A stretch of 64,000 bases of DNA from assembly GCF_006345805.1 (NCBI RefSeq), contig NC_042999.1, positions 129,952,001 through 130,016,000 of the forward strand, written 5' to 3'. Source of the DNA: Octopus sinensis. Taxonomy: Eukaryota. The notes below the pieces were generated by a model. It did not search any database, was not told where the DNA came from, and was given only the letters and a program-made list of their open reading frames with translations. The position numbers were made by a program, and so were the translations under genes. Shown piece by piece: positions 27,401-40,900 of the stretch. The number at the start of each line of letters is the position of its first letter. The first letter of the stretch is position 1.

Positions 27401-30400
27401 GTCCTTATGTTCTAAGTTCAAATTCTGCTGAGGTCAACTTTGCCTTTCATCCTTTTGGGGTCGATGAAATAAGTACCAGTTATGCACTGGGATTGATGTA
27501 ATCAACAAGCCCCCTCTGCCAAAATTTCAAGCCTTGTGCTTGTAACAGAAAGATTATTGTTATTATTAAGATAAAATAAGACAGCAAGCTGGAAGAATCG
27601 TTAGCATGCTGGACAAAATGCTATATGTTCTCTTCTTAAATTCTGCTTTATCTTTCATCCTTTTGGGGTCAATAAGTACCAGTCAAGTACTGAAGTCAGT
27701 GTAATTGACTTCCCCCTTCCCTCAAAAACTGCTGGCCCTGTGCCAAAATTTGAAACCATTATTAATATAAAATACAGAGTTAAGTTCTCTTGATTAACTT
27801 CTGCTTTATACTTACTTGGAAAAAGATATCTGTAGGACTGAGTTCTGGGGTTTTGTTACTTTCAAATATCGGAGAGGGTACAGTATCTGTAGTGTCACCA
27901 ATCACAACATCCACAGAAGAATCAAACCACTAAAAAGAAAGATGGTTATCTTGCAGGTTTACTCAAACATTAATCTTACCAAACATAATTACATCACAAA
28001 GCAAGACAGAACAATTTTTACTGCAATGTTGTAAATAGTGAAGAAAAACATACCTGAATATTGGATGAAGTAGAAGGTATAATCTTCACTTTACCACTTC
28101 GTATCTGTTCTAATGCAGCTTCAATTGTAGCCAGATAATAACTAAAAAAGACAGAATAGAAATGAAACTGGATAATATAGATAATATTTTCTTAATTTTT
28201 CTTTTATTGTTTCCTATCTCTTTTTCTATGGTTGCATAGGTCAAATGTCTTTGTTACAGTAATTGCTTGTACAGTTAATTTCTTTCTTACTAGTCAATTG
28301 TAAAGTAGCTATGATGCTTGTTTTTAGTTCAGCCAGTCAAACTCGAACGACTGAGGTTAAGTGGTTTGTTCACAATGGTAGTAATCAGATTGCATATGAT
28401 CAATAATTCAGAGGTACTGAACATAGTATATGTGAGAAAACAAAATACATAAGTCTCCTAAGTTAAGAAGACTTTGAAAGGTCAATATTATCTACTTAAT
28501 ACCATAAAATCTGAACTGAGATAAAACTAAGTTCACAGTTACTTGTGCAAAACTGGAATCCAGATAGGATACCAGTTTAGGACAAATAGCTGTGAGGATG
28601 AAAGACTTGAGGTATTTCGTGTTGCAAGACAGTGTGTGAGAGAGAATCGTGATGTGGTAGGAGAGAAGTGTGTTCGCATGGATGATGGTTCACTTGCGCT
28701 AAATGAGGATGCAAAGAGAGAGGTTTGGAGATGCCACTATGAAAGGTTGCTGAATAAAGAAAATGAATGGGATAAAGAGAGTCTGCCGAATGTCAACCCA
28801 ACAGAGGGACCAGCCATCAGAGTTGAAAATTCTTTGGTAGTTAAAGCAATTAGAAGCATGAACACAGGGAAAGCCCCAGGCCCATCAGGAATTACTGCAG
28901 AGATGCTCAAAATATCTGGCAGTGTCGGCTATAACCTAGTCACCCGTATAGTCAACCAGGTGATACACGAAGGAGTCATACCCAATGACTGGTGTAGCAG
29001 CATACTAGTCAACTGCTACAAAGGTAAAGGTGATGCCCTAGATACAAATAATTACAGAGGTATCAAGCTGTTGGATCAGGTAATGAAGGTTATAGAGAGG
29101 GTCATAGCCCAACTAATTAGAGAGAGAGTTAGTTTAGATGAGATGCAGTTTGGGTTCGTGCCAGGGAAAAGTACCACTGATGCTATATTCCTGGTAAGGC
29201 AGCTGCAGGAGAAATACCTAGCCAAAGATAAGCCTCTGTACCTGGCTTTCATTGACATGGAGAAAGCCTTTGATAGGGTCCCCCGATCCCTTATCTGGTG
29301 GTCAATGAGGAAACTAGGGATAGATGAATGGCTGGTGAGGGCTGTGCAATCCATTCACAATACGTCAGTCAGTCCAAGGCTATAGAAGACACTTGCCCAA
29401 GGTGCTACGCAGTGGGACTGAATCCAAAATCTTGTAGTTGAGAAGCAAGCTTCTTACCACGCAGCTACACTGATGGACTTTGGTCAGCCTCGAGCTATAG
29501 TAGAAGATACTTGCCCAAGGTGCCATGCAGTGGAACTGAACTCAGAAGCAAGTTTCTTAACCAAAGAGCCATGCCGGTGCCTATTATTAAAATGATAAAA
29601 TAAACTTGTAAAAATTTAAAAGTATGTCAGAAATTGTATGACTAGTTTTTAACTAACCTGTATTCATCTTTGTTTGACGCACGGGAAAAATTGAAATGCT
29701 GGACATAAGCTAAGTTGGAGCACCTAAAATATATTTAGATGAAAATATTAAGACACAATGATAAGGAGATAAAGTAGAAGGGAAGGATTTAAAGTTAAAC
29801 AAAGAAAAATATTTCTTTATTAAAATCAATACATACCAATTAGGAATTTCAGATTTAACAATTATAAAAATGAGCAATGGTAAAAGGTCATCGGAAGTCA
29901 TCACATCTGAAAGAGCTTCACTATCACCTAGATAAAGAGAAGGAAAATAAAGTTAAAAAGACACTTCAATGAGAAGCCAAATGTCAGAACGAAAAGATTC
30001 CAATGTCATAGAAAAGTAAGGATTTTAGAGATTGGTGTTTAACCCCAGGTCAGTCCTGATTTATGAGCAAAGACATTCAAGCCATGATCACCTCATCTTT
30101 GCAGAAGATATAATGTATCCAGGGCTACATTATCCTGGATGCATGTTCCCACATTTTAAGATAGTAGAGTGCGATTTGATGGAATTTAGCTGCTATTTCT
30201 AGCTGATCAAGGGATCACACAGTCTTTCCCTTCCAGCTTGTATATTTCTTTGGTGTTGTAAATATAGATAAATAGAATATAAAATTACACTTATGTATTT
30301 GTTTTGCAAGATTGCTGATGTGAAATTGTGTGTTGAAGCAGATATTGTTATATTTGGAGATGGTCATATTTTTGCCAATTATCCACATGCACTATACACT

Positions 30401-33400
30401 CATTCTTCATAACTTTACTATTATACTTATTATTAACATTATTTTAGTGTTCTTTGTCTGAAATCTTTTGTCACACATCCTATGACTTCTTCAATGACTC
30501 GCCATCCCATGTGTGTCCTGTTCTGTTTAGTCCATTCTGTCTTTCTCAGAATGGACAAAACAGAACAGGAGACACATGAGATGGAGAGCTGCTGAAGAGG
30601 TCACAGGATACATGACAAAAGATTTAGCCAAAGGACATTAAAATAATGATGATAATAAAATTGAAGTGAAGAATGAGTATATAGTGGTTGTAATAATTTG
30701 ACCACCCCCAAATATAACAATAACATAAAATTGTTTTTGTATAAAGGAAGGAATACCTTCAGGAGTAGATGCAGGAGATTTTGGAGAACGCATTAAAAAT
30801 GCAATTAACCGTTGGATACAATAGAGTTTTCCCATAGGTGTGCTGTATTTATTGAGACGGGCGATTTCTTTCCTTGCAATGGGAATATTATTGCTAAAAC
30901 AATAAGATGAAAATAAATGCATGAAAAAGAAAGACAAAATATAGCTTAACAAAACAAGAACATATTGTGAACATGAATTTTTAAAAATTGTTACTCTCAG
31001 AACATTTAATATATATATATGGATATCAAAATCTTATACAGAATTAACTTTAATCACAAATGTATAAATTGTTAGTAATTTACAAAATATTTCTTATAAT
31101 ATATTTTTTTCTCTAATTGAATTTGATCTAATATATTTCAAAATTAGGAAAGCAATAACAATTTCTTAATTCAGCTAAATTTTTGGAGGTATGGTATGGT
31201 CAATTAAACTGACCTCAGTATGTGATTGGTACTTTTTTTTATTTCCTCCAGAAAGATAAGAAGTGAGAATAACAAAGGATATAAATTAAATAGAAGGTAT
31301 TATTGCCTAATGTTTTACCAATTCTGTCATTAGCCTTTCCCAGGAAAATAATACTGAAATCATCACCCTCACCATTCAATGACATTTTCCATGCTGAAAC
31401 GGGTTTGATGGCTTGACAGGAGCAGGTAAACTAGAGGACTGCACCAAACACTACTCTCTGCTTTGGCATGGTTTCTACAGTTGGATGCCCTTCCTAATGC
31501 CAAACACTTTAAAGTGTATTGGGTGCTCTTTACATGGCATAAACACCAGCAAGGTCATCAAGTAATTTGAAAGACAAAGACGTCTCAACAGAGATGGGGA
31601 ATTGTATTAAGGGAGGTAGTTTTATGTCAGGTAAGAGATTGAAGTGTGACAGAGGGATAGAAACAAGTATCTTGAAATTATAATAAACAAACAAACCAAT
31701 ATTTAAACCAGAAACAATATAAAGACAGTATATGTAAACACTAATTAATGAGATAAAGTTTAATATTTCAAATAACAAGATCATTTACAAAATTGATATC
31801 AATTAACAATGCTGATATAATCTGATTTCAACCTGCTGAAATAAACCTAAATAAGATTATAATTTTTATCTTTACTCAATAGACAAAATTTCAATGCAAA
31901 AAAAAAGAAAAAGAAAAAGCAAATATCTTACATGAATGCTTCCCGAATGTCTAAATGATGACACTGCAGCTCTTTCAGATTTCGTGTACATTTGTTGATT
32001 TCAGCATCATCAGATGCCATGCAAAGTGTGAGAGCTCCAAAGAGACTTTTATGAAGCTGATGCAACACATAAGTCTGAAAAATAGTAACAAATGTTTTGG
32101 GTTTATATTATTTATTTATCAATTTAATTGCAATGATAACACATTTTAGGGGCAAGCATAATCTAATTGGTTTTGCTTTATTTACAAAGAATAAATTAAA
32201 ATGAACATTTGATATTTGTATCAGAGGTAAAAAAAATCCTTTTGCAACTAACTTTTATTATCTATTATATAAAATCTGTTTTGTCTGTCTGTGTGTGTGT
32301 CTTCTAGGATCTCGAGCATCCTCCATCAGATTGCACTCAAATTTGGTATGTAGATACTGACAGTATCAGGGCATGTGTAAGTCTTGAAAAAATTACAAAA
32401 ATCGATTCCAGGTCAGAATGCAACCGATAAAGCCATGGGAACATGCATTTGTATGCATGTCATCTTTCAGAAGTGTCAATCTGACCATCTCATTGGAGCA
32501 GCAAATGCTGGCAGGTTCAGCTGGCCACCTCATGGTGTTACAATGGAGGCAAACAGATGACATGGTACCAATGATCATGTGAGGATGAGATACATAAACT
32601 TCATGTGGATTGTAATGAAAAGCTTTGTTGTACCAAATAAAAACTTTATTTCTTCTTTTGCTGGAGTCTCAAATTTAGGTTAAATCAGTGTTTCTCAAAA
32701 GGGAGGCCTATGGAATGGTCGGACAAGTTGTTTTGAGAAAATTTGGCTTAAATGTTTAACAACTCAGCACCGTCCATTGGACGGGGGGGGGGGGTTGCTC
32801 ATATTAAATAGTTTATAAGTGAAATGTACTTTGAATCTTATATCTTGTCTGCCTCCAATGAATTCCTTTTGCAGCAAAATGATGGCACAGTTTATTAGTT
32901 TACTAATAAAGTGAAGTTCTAACTGGTTTCACAGCTTATTGTTTCAGAGATTATTTCCAGCCACAGGCAATGCTCTCGGTTACACAATGCCTTACTATAG
33001 TTCAATAGTTCTAAATCTGAACATCCCCTTTCAAATATTTGCAAAAGCTAAACTTTCACCTAATAAATTTCACAGCAGTTAATGACTCAATAATGATAGA
33101 ATTGTAAAAAAACTTATTCAAATAGAAAATCCTTATTCCCTACATATTTGCAAAAGCAATTACTCATAAGCAATTTAAAAAATTGACTAATTTTGATACA
33201 GACATATTTTTTAAATAATAAACATGAACAGAGCTAATTACTGCAAAAGAAGAACATGTAAACTTAATGCATTTAATGTAAACATGAATTTTAATCTTTA
33301 ATAATATTAAATTGTACAAAGGTCTTCCACTGACGAATGTGACAAAAATGTTCACTGTGATCTTTGATAACAGTGTACCACATTCACTCAGCGTCACAGT

Positions 33401-34858
33401 GTAGTGGTCACAAGAAATATTTTTTAATACCATGCAGCAGCCACCATGATTGTCATCAAGACTAGTTTTTGAAGGGATTAAAAATCATGATTGTGTAGTT
33501 GTTTAAAATTGAAGGATGTGATTGTATCAGTTCACAATTTTTTCTAATTCATTTTAGCATTAAGACATAAACAGAAGAACAAAAGAAAACCTTAAACTAT
33601 CTAATACAACACATCCTCCACTCCTAACACAAAAACAAAATAATTCTTAACCCATTACCACTTAAACCAGCCAGATTTGACCTCTCACACATACCCTACA
33701 ATGTCGTTCTAAAACTAAACTATTTGAAATCTTGAAGCAATAAGATAATACATGGTTCATTCAAAACAATTTGAATAAATAGCGTTACATTTTATAAAGT
33801 AATCTAAATGCTAAAGGGTTAATTATCCCTAAAAATAATCCCAATGATAAAAAAACTGGTTGCAGCCTCCAAACAAAGTGATACTATCTACATTTTGACA
33901 AAGTGAAAGTGGTACTCTATTGTCATAGATCACCTTTATAATTACTTTTGAAAGAGATTCTAGTGGCTACTAATATGTTCAATATTGTAAATAATGAAAA
34001 CATTAGTGGGAGAGGAAGTGAGGAGGTGCTACCATACAGGTTTAGAAATGCTGCTGAAGACGGACTATTTAAAAGACTGCCTGAAGCAAACCACTAAATT
34101 AGATCATTAAAAATCAGATAAGTGAATCACATTTTTTAATTTAAATATTGCAAAAGCTGTAATCAGTGGTTGTAGATTATCCTATGTGATAGCAAGAACC
34201 ATAATAGATCTCCCATATTGGGATAATGTTTAAAACTTTGTACAAGGATATAACCAATTGAATGTCTCCATTTCAGTAGCCTGGAAGGATGAAATTACAG
34301 GTAACCTTGGCAGAAATTAAACGCAAAACAAAGAGATAAAACAAAATACTGCAAGGTTTGGCTCGACCATTTCTAAACAATGTTAGCCAATATTCATTTG
34401 TTTATTCTAAAAGCAAATATAAAATCTTCAAAAGAAAACTTTTGGAGGTTATCATGTTTTTAACAACAATAATTCAATTCTTTGGCTTAATCACTTATCA
34501 AGTTATTATTGATGATGAAACAGAGAATATCTTGTTGGATACACTAATGCACAGTATGGCTGAATGGTTAAGAAGTTCACTTTGCAACCACAAGGTCCTG
34601 GGTTCAATCCTACTGCAGGGCATCTTGAACAAGTGTCATTTTTTTTAATTGACCCATACTGTTTTGTGTGAAACTGAGAAGAGAGAAATCAAGGTACAGC
34701 CATGTCACACATTGTGTCATCTGATTCTGCCCAAGAATTATATTAAGCATACTTGCATCTGTGGATTGTTAGTCACTTATATGTTAATTCAGGAGCAGAT
34801 AATTTGGTTTATGGAAGAACTATGTATATGGATTTGGTAGACAGAAACTGAAAAACCC

Positions 34859-34912
<54 letters not shown>

Positions 34913-37900
34913 GTGTACCCTTGTCTTGATATCAGATGGTGATTGTAAATGAACATCACCATCATGCAAGCAATGCTGTTCATTTCTAGTCTTCCATGAT
35001 AAACTTGTCTGGCCATGAAGGAATATTACTCCACTTGAAACAGATAAGGGCTGGCAACAGGAAGAGCATCAAGCCACAGAAAATCTGCCACAACAAATTC
35101 CGTCTGACCCGTGCAAGCATGGAAAAGTAGGTGGATATATATGTTGTGGTCATCATTGGTCAAAGAACAAATTCCTCACATTCTAAGAGATAAAGTCTGA
35201 ATGAATTGAAAACCAAATTATAATTTAATATGTATTATGTATTAAAGCCTCAAAATCAAAATTTTTGAAATGTAGATGATAGTTTAGTTTAGGAAATAAT
35301 TAGACAAACCATATATAAATATATGCAAAGCCAATTTTTATTAAAGAAAATAAAGACTGCTTATTTCTTCTAAGAAATGGGCTTGTCTATTTTTTCAAGT
35401 ACTAGCTTCTGTTACTGCTAGTATTTTGCTTTTAAAGAAGTCTATATTTGTTCAATTGATTTCTGTCTCAAAACAAAATTCAGTAGCAAATGTTAAAATG
35501 TTGAATATTAATACCACAAAGTAGAAATTTGAAGTAACTAACCTCTGCGGCAACTTTCAAACAGTCCATATAAACTGGATTGTGTCTTGCTCGATTTTTC
35601 TGTAAAAAAAAAAAAAAAATAGTTAGCACAATTATATTCACTAAATGATACACTGCTGAAGTTATTACTATATGAATATACTGTAATGATTCACACAAAC
35701 AGACCTTAATATACAAAAATGGATTGACTAAAGATGAAAGAGAATTGAAAAAAAAACTGCATATTCTATAAAACTTTCAAAAGATTTAGAGACAGTTTAA
35801 TTATTTATTGGAATGTAACTATGATGCATTTTACAAAAAATGACAGCTTAAAAGATAGTTAATAATGTTATACACTAAATAAGCAAGAAATTTTTGCTCT
35901 TTTCCACTATGTTATCTGAAATACATTATATTTATTACAGATGTGTCATCACATCAGTGAATGCCTTGCATAACTGAAAGTTTTCTCAAATTTTGTGATG
36001 TTTGTTTATTCTTTAAAGAAAATTCTTGGCTGAATCCATTTCACCCTATTTATATTGCTTCCCATCTCTTTCAAAAACACCCCTCGACTTGCTTTGTTTT
36101 TAGATTAATTTCTCACTTATTACCAAAATCTTACATTTATACATTTAAATCACTGTAATATTCTTTGTAAATGACTACACTTTAGCAGACAGGTATACTA
36201 GATACATTTATATATGAATACATATATTTAACAAGCACATACAACAAACTTTATACTGATACACACTGAATTTGCACTTACCAAAGTTGGATCCCGAAGT
36301 AGAAGCTGCATGGATTTTGTATACTGAGCACTAGCAACATCCTATTAGAAAACAAAGATTAATAAATAGGATATGACTACAAGTTTGACAATGACATTTC
36401 CTTTGTTTTATAATTTATCCTTGGATTACAATGATAGCAATGTTAATGAGATATATGTAGTTTATAAAAGTAAAGCAAGTTATTTTAAAATTAGAAAATA
36501 ATAGTCTAAACCTGTAAGCTGTTATTAATTACTTTTTCAGTTTTAAAACAAAATTCCTAAATATAGTGACAAGCCTTGATTGCAAATTTATGTATCTTTT
36601 CCTCAGTAACTTTTTATCACTGACAAAAATTAAATTGATTTCTAGGAGATATATATATAAAGTTTTGCTCACAACTCTCATATTACTAAGAGAGAAAAGA
36701 ATTTAAGGACTGTTTCTGGTCTAAAATAATTTGGCTTATGGTCCTTACAATAATCTTAACCAATAATTAAAAGAAAATATAATGAGAAAGATAAAATCAT
36801 TTAAAATCACTGTCTCTAATTAAAGAAATTCAGTGAAAAGAATACTTACAACAATGCTTCGAAAGTTATACACATCCAGCCTTTCATAAACATAGATAAA
36901 TTGCTGTAAAACTTTATCCAAGTTTTCCCTTGTTTTTCTATTGGCTGAAAAACAAAACAGCATGAAAAATATAGTAAACTATTTAATTGTTGATTACTCA
37001 TTTTATAACTTAAGTCTTAACAAAAGGAAATTAGTTTAAGGTTATCCTCACAACAGCTTCTTTCTTTCATCTTCAATCAACAGCAACATTAATATTTACC
37101 ACAACTGTTATCATTTCATAACTAAATAAGGAGAGAAATCATAAAAGGGTCAAAGTTTAATTCTTACTTGAGTCTCCCCAGAGCAGTTCTATACAATCTT
37201 TGTAAGTAGTTGGGGTTCTGTAGAATTGCGGTGTTGATTCACATTTGGCTAAATAAATAATAAAATAAAATAAAGAAATTAAAATTTAAAAAAAGTTAAA
37301 ACTACAGTTTTAATTTTTGTTTTAAATATGAAGATTATCACAAATTCTAACAAATATTTTTCATAAACTAGAGAGAACCACAACAACCAGACCATAAATT
37401 ATCTTAGGAAGAATGAAGCTTTTGGTTGTAAGTAGCGCTAACAATAATGACTAAATATTGCAATGAATTGTTCAAGATTATAATGGCACTGTGTAACAAA
37501 ATTTACATTTATTTTTGTCTTTGGTCAGTGTTATTTCCTATTTGCTCCTATCTAGAAATCAAAGGAAATTGACAACTATTCCCTTCAAACTTTGCTTTTG
37601 TGACCTGGACATAAATGTTTTAAAACTGACCTATCTTCCATTACATTTCAGACAGATTCAGCAGTGAGTTGCTGAAGCAGAAATATTGTTACAGCAAATA
37701 TTCTGCTCAATACCACAGATTTGCTTGTCTTTTGCTTGACCATAACCACTTGAGCACGTCCCTTAGTGGAAGACAATATGTGCATCCCTGATCATGAGCA
37801 GTGGGGGAGCATCTTAGCCATGTGTTGAGAAGGATTCTTTGTGGTTTGAATAAATGTAACAAAAGCAAAGTTTGAAAGAAATATTAGCTATTTTTCATAC

Positions 37901-40900
37901 TTTCTAAGGGTAGGTAACAGATGTTGATCAAGGGAAATAACAGTTGTTAATCAAGGGCAAAAATTGTGTTACACAGTACTATTGGTAGTACACGAAATTT
38001 CTACTAATTTTCGAACTGCAGGCAATTATTACAGTAGGTAAATCCTTTAAATACACAACAGCAACTACAAGCTAAAACTAAAAACTATAAAGACTATCAA
38101 ATTTAAAAGGAGTATGTCAGAAGATAGAAAACAGATTAAGACTTCAATCTTTTAAAAGTAGTTTTGCCATATTTTAGGTGCAATTAACAAGTATTTGAGA
38201 CAATTCATAATATCTAGTTAAGTAAAAAAAAAAATCTTAAACCATACTTTTATTAAATTCATTAAACAAGTAAAAGATATTGGAAATCTTATACTAACAC
38301 TGGTCGGAATTGAAAATTTGTTCAACACACAAAACACGATATGATTCATCGGCAGCATTGTAAAAGGTTTCTTCAAATAAAATGTTGATCTTCAGTTTAT
38401 TAGCAAAATTATCTTGTAAATGAATCTGCCCATTTGATATATATACAGTCTATAATAAAAGAAAAAAAAACATATAAGAGAGAAGAGATGAGTACTTGGT
38501 GGGAGGCAGGGAGTAAAAAAATATCTCATACACAGTGAGAGAGAATCAAGAGAGAGGAGGAGGAAATTAGAGTAGCTATGGCAGATAGATACATACATCA
38601 TGTAACATCTGCTTTCAAAATCGACATGGGTAGGATTGTTTGACAGGAACTGTCGAATCAGGAGGCTGCACCAAGCTCCTTTTGTTTGTATTGACATGTT
38701 TTCTATGTCTGGATGCTCTTCCTAATACCAACCATTTTACAAAATGTATTGGATGCTTTTTATGTAGCACCAGCACCAGTGAGGTCACCAAGTAACATGC
38801 AAGAGAAGAACCCCAACTGGATGTGGGGTAGTAATGAGGGACAGAAAGGTGTCTTGCATTAGAAGAGAGACAGGACTTCCTCAAATGGTGAAAGATATAG
38901 AGGAGAGAAAGATGAAGATGTGACAGAGAGGAGGCAAGGGACTTACACCTAAGTTTCAGGGTGGTGTAAATAATGGACTGGGGAATGGAGAAGGTGGTAG
39001 GAAGATGCATTTTAATATGGAAAGAATATTAGAAAGAGGAGAATGATCAAAAAAACCCTGCCCGTTATTCTAATGTTAAAATAATTGTAATGTACACCAT
39101 GGAAAATATATATTTGCAAAATTTCATTCAAAAATATGCAACAAATTTGGCAGGGCACTAAATTGTCTATGTGCCACACATATATACAAGGCATAAAAAT
39201 AAACTTGGATTTATTTAGATATTCAGGGATTCCACATGTATAGTGTAAATGGTTAACATGGAGTTTAGAGGTTTAAAAAATGAAAGTAAAAATTAACCAG
39301 AAGTGATAGGGACATCTGATAATTTCATGTCAGCAATCTTTAGCATAACCAATGTATAGAACATTTATTTTATATAACAAGTAAACCATACATATATTTT
39401 ATATAAGATGAAAACAACAACATTTATGGGAAAATATGAGTCATTGGTGATTGAGATGAGATTTGCAAATTAGTTTTAACAGTCTCTAAATCTGTTTCAC
39501 CAAATACACTCTTGAAGATATGATGTAAATAAAGCTAGCCACCAAATTGTCTCCTTAGTAGTGTTTGTTCAGAAAAACTTAAGATATCTCTAGAAAGTAC
39601 TGTACAAGTAAGTGCCTGTTAATGTGACAAAATGAGAGAGTTCTGCTAATGAAAATAAAGGATTCACCAGTTCTTTTTATGAAATTAAGGGATGAAATTA
39701 CTTCCATCATCATCATCGTTTAACGTCCGTTTTCCATGCTGGCATGGGTTGGACGGTTCAACCAGGGTCTGGGAAGCCAGAAGGCTGCACCAGGCTCCAG
39801 TCTGATCTGGCAGTGTTTCTACAGCTGGATGCCCTTCCTAACCCCAACCACTCCATGAGTGTAGTGGGTGCTTTTTACATGCCACCGGCACAGGTGCCAG
39901 GCGAGGTTGGCAACGGCCATGATTGGTTGGTGCTTTTTACATGCCACCGGCACAGGGATCACAACTACAATTTCCATTGATTTTTGATGTTGATGTACTT
40001 GACTCAATAGGTCTCATCAAGCACAGGGTCGAGACGGTGTTTCTCTCTAAACCGCTTGTTAACTGTGTAAATAATACTAGTGATTACTAAGATTAATTAA
40101 GCTGACTTAATTACCATTTTGTAGCACATTTTACAAAAAAAAAAAGAGCATACTTTACAGTTTCTTTGCCTCTGTTTCCTGTGTAACAGTTAGCCAGCCA
40201 AGGCAAGGCTAGAATGGGAGTGTCACCTGACTTCAACAGCAGCCAATATATTGTTAAAGCATAAGGTTTCCTTTCTATTTTTAAGATAGGGTATGAGTTG
40301 AAAGGTTTGGCTGCCTTTTCTAGTATGTCAATAAGCCATATAGTAGGTTAATAGGAGAGGAAGGCGTTTGAGAAGACACAGACAATATATTAATTAACTG
40401 AAAGTAAATATTAAGTTATTACTTTTCCAGAAACTGTTCTTTGCAACTGGTGACCATTTTGTCCCTCTTCATTTTCAGTGGGGATCAAAATGTGGTCTTC
40501 AAATTCAGCTTCATTCAGGTTTGCAGTTCGAGCAGCTCCATGCCGGGGGACACACACCTGTAAAATATTGAATATATCAAATTTTAAAAAATCCAAATAA
40601 ATATTGGTAGTTAATTAGTTATTGTGTTACAGTTCAAAATTTGAAATTAATATCATGTTCAACACTCTAGCTAAGATTATTAACTCTTTTAGCAATTTAA
40701 ACCGACCATATCCGAGACAAATATTCTGTTTTATATTCAAACTGGATAGATCATGCCTTTCACACCTACCCTACAATATCATTCTAAAAAAATAAACAAT
40801 TACATCAAAATGTTACAGTTACAAGATAATGCATGATGAATTAAAAATAATCTGAATAAATAAGCATTACATTTGACAGAATAATATGAATACTAAAAGG

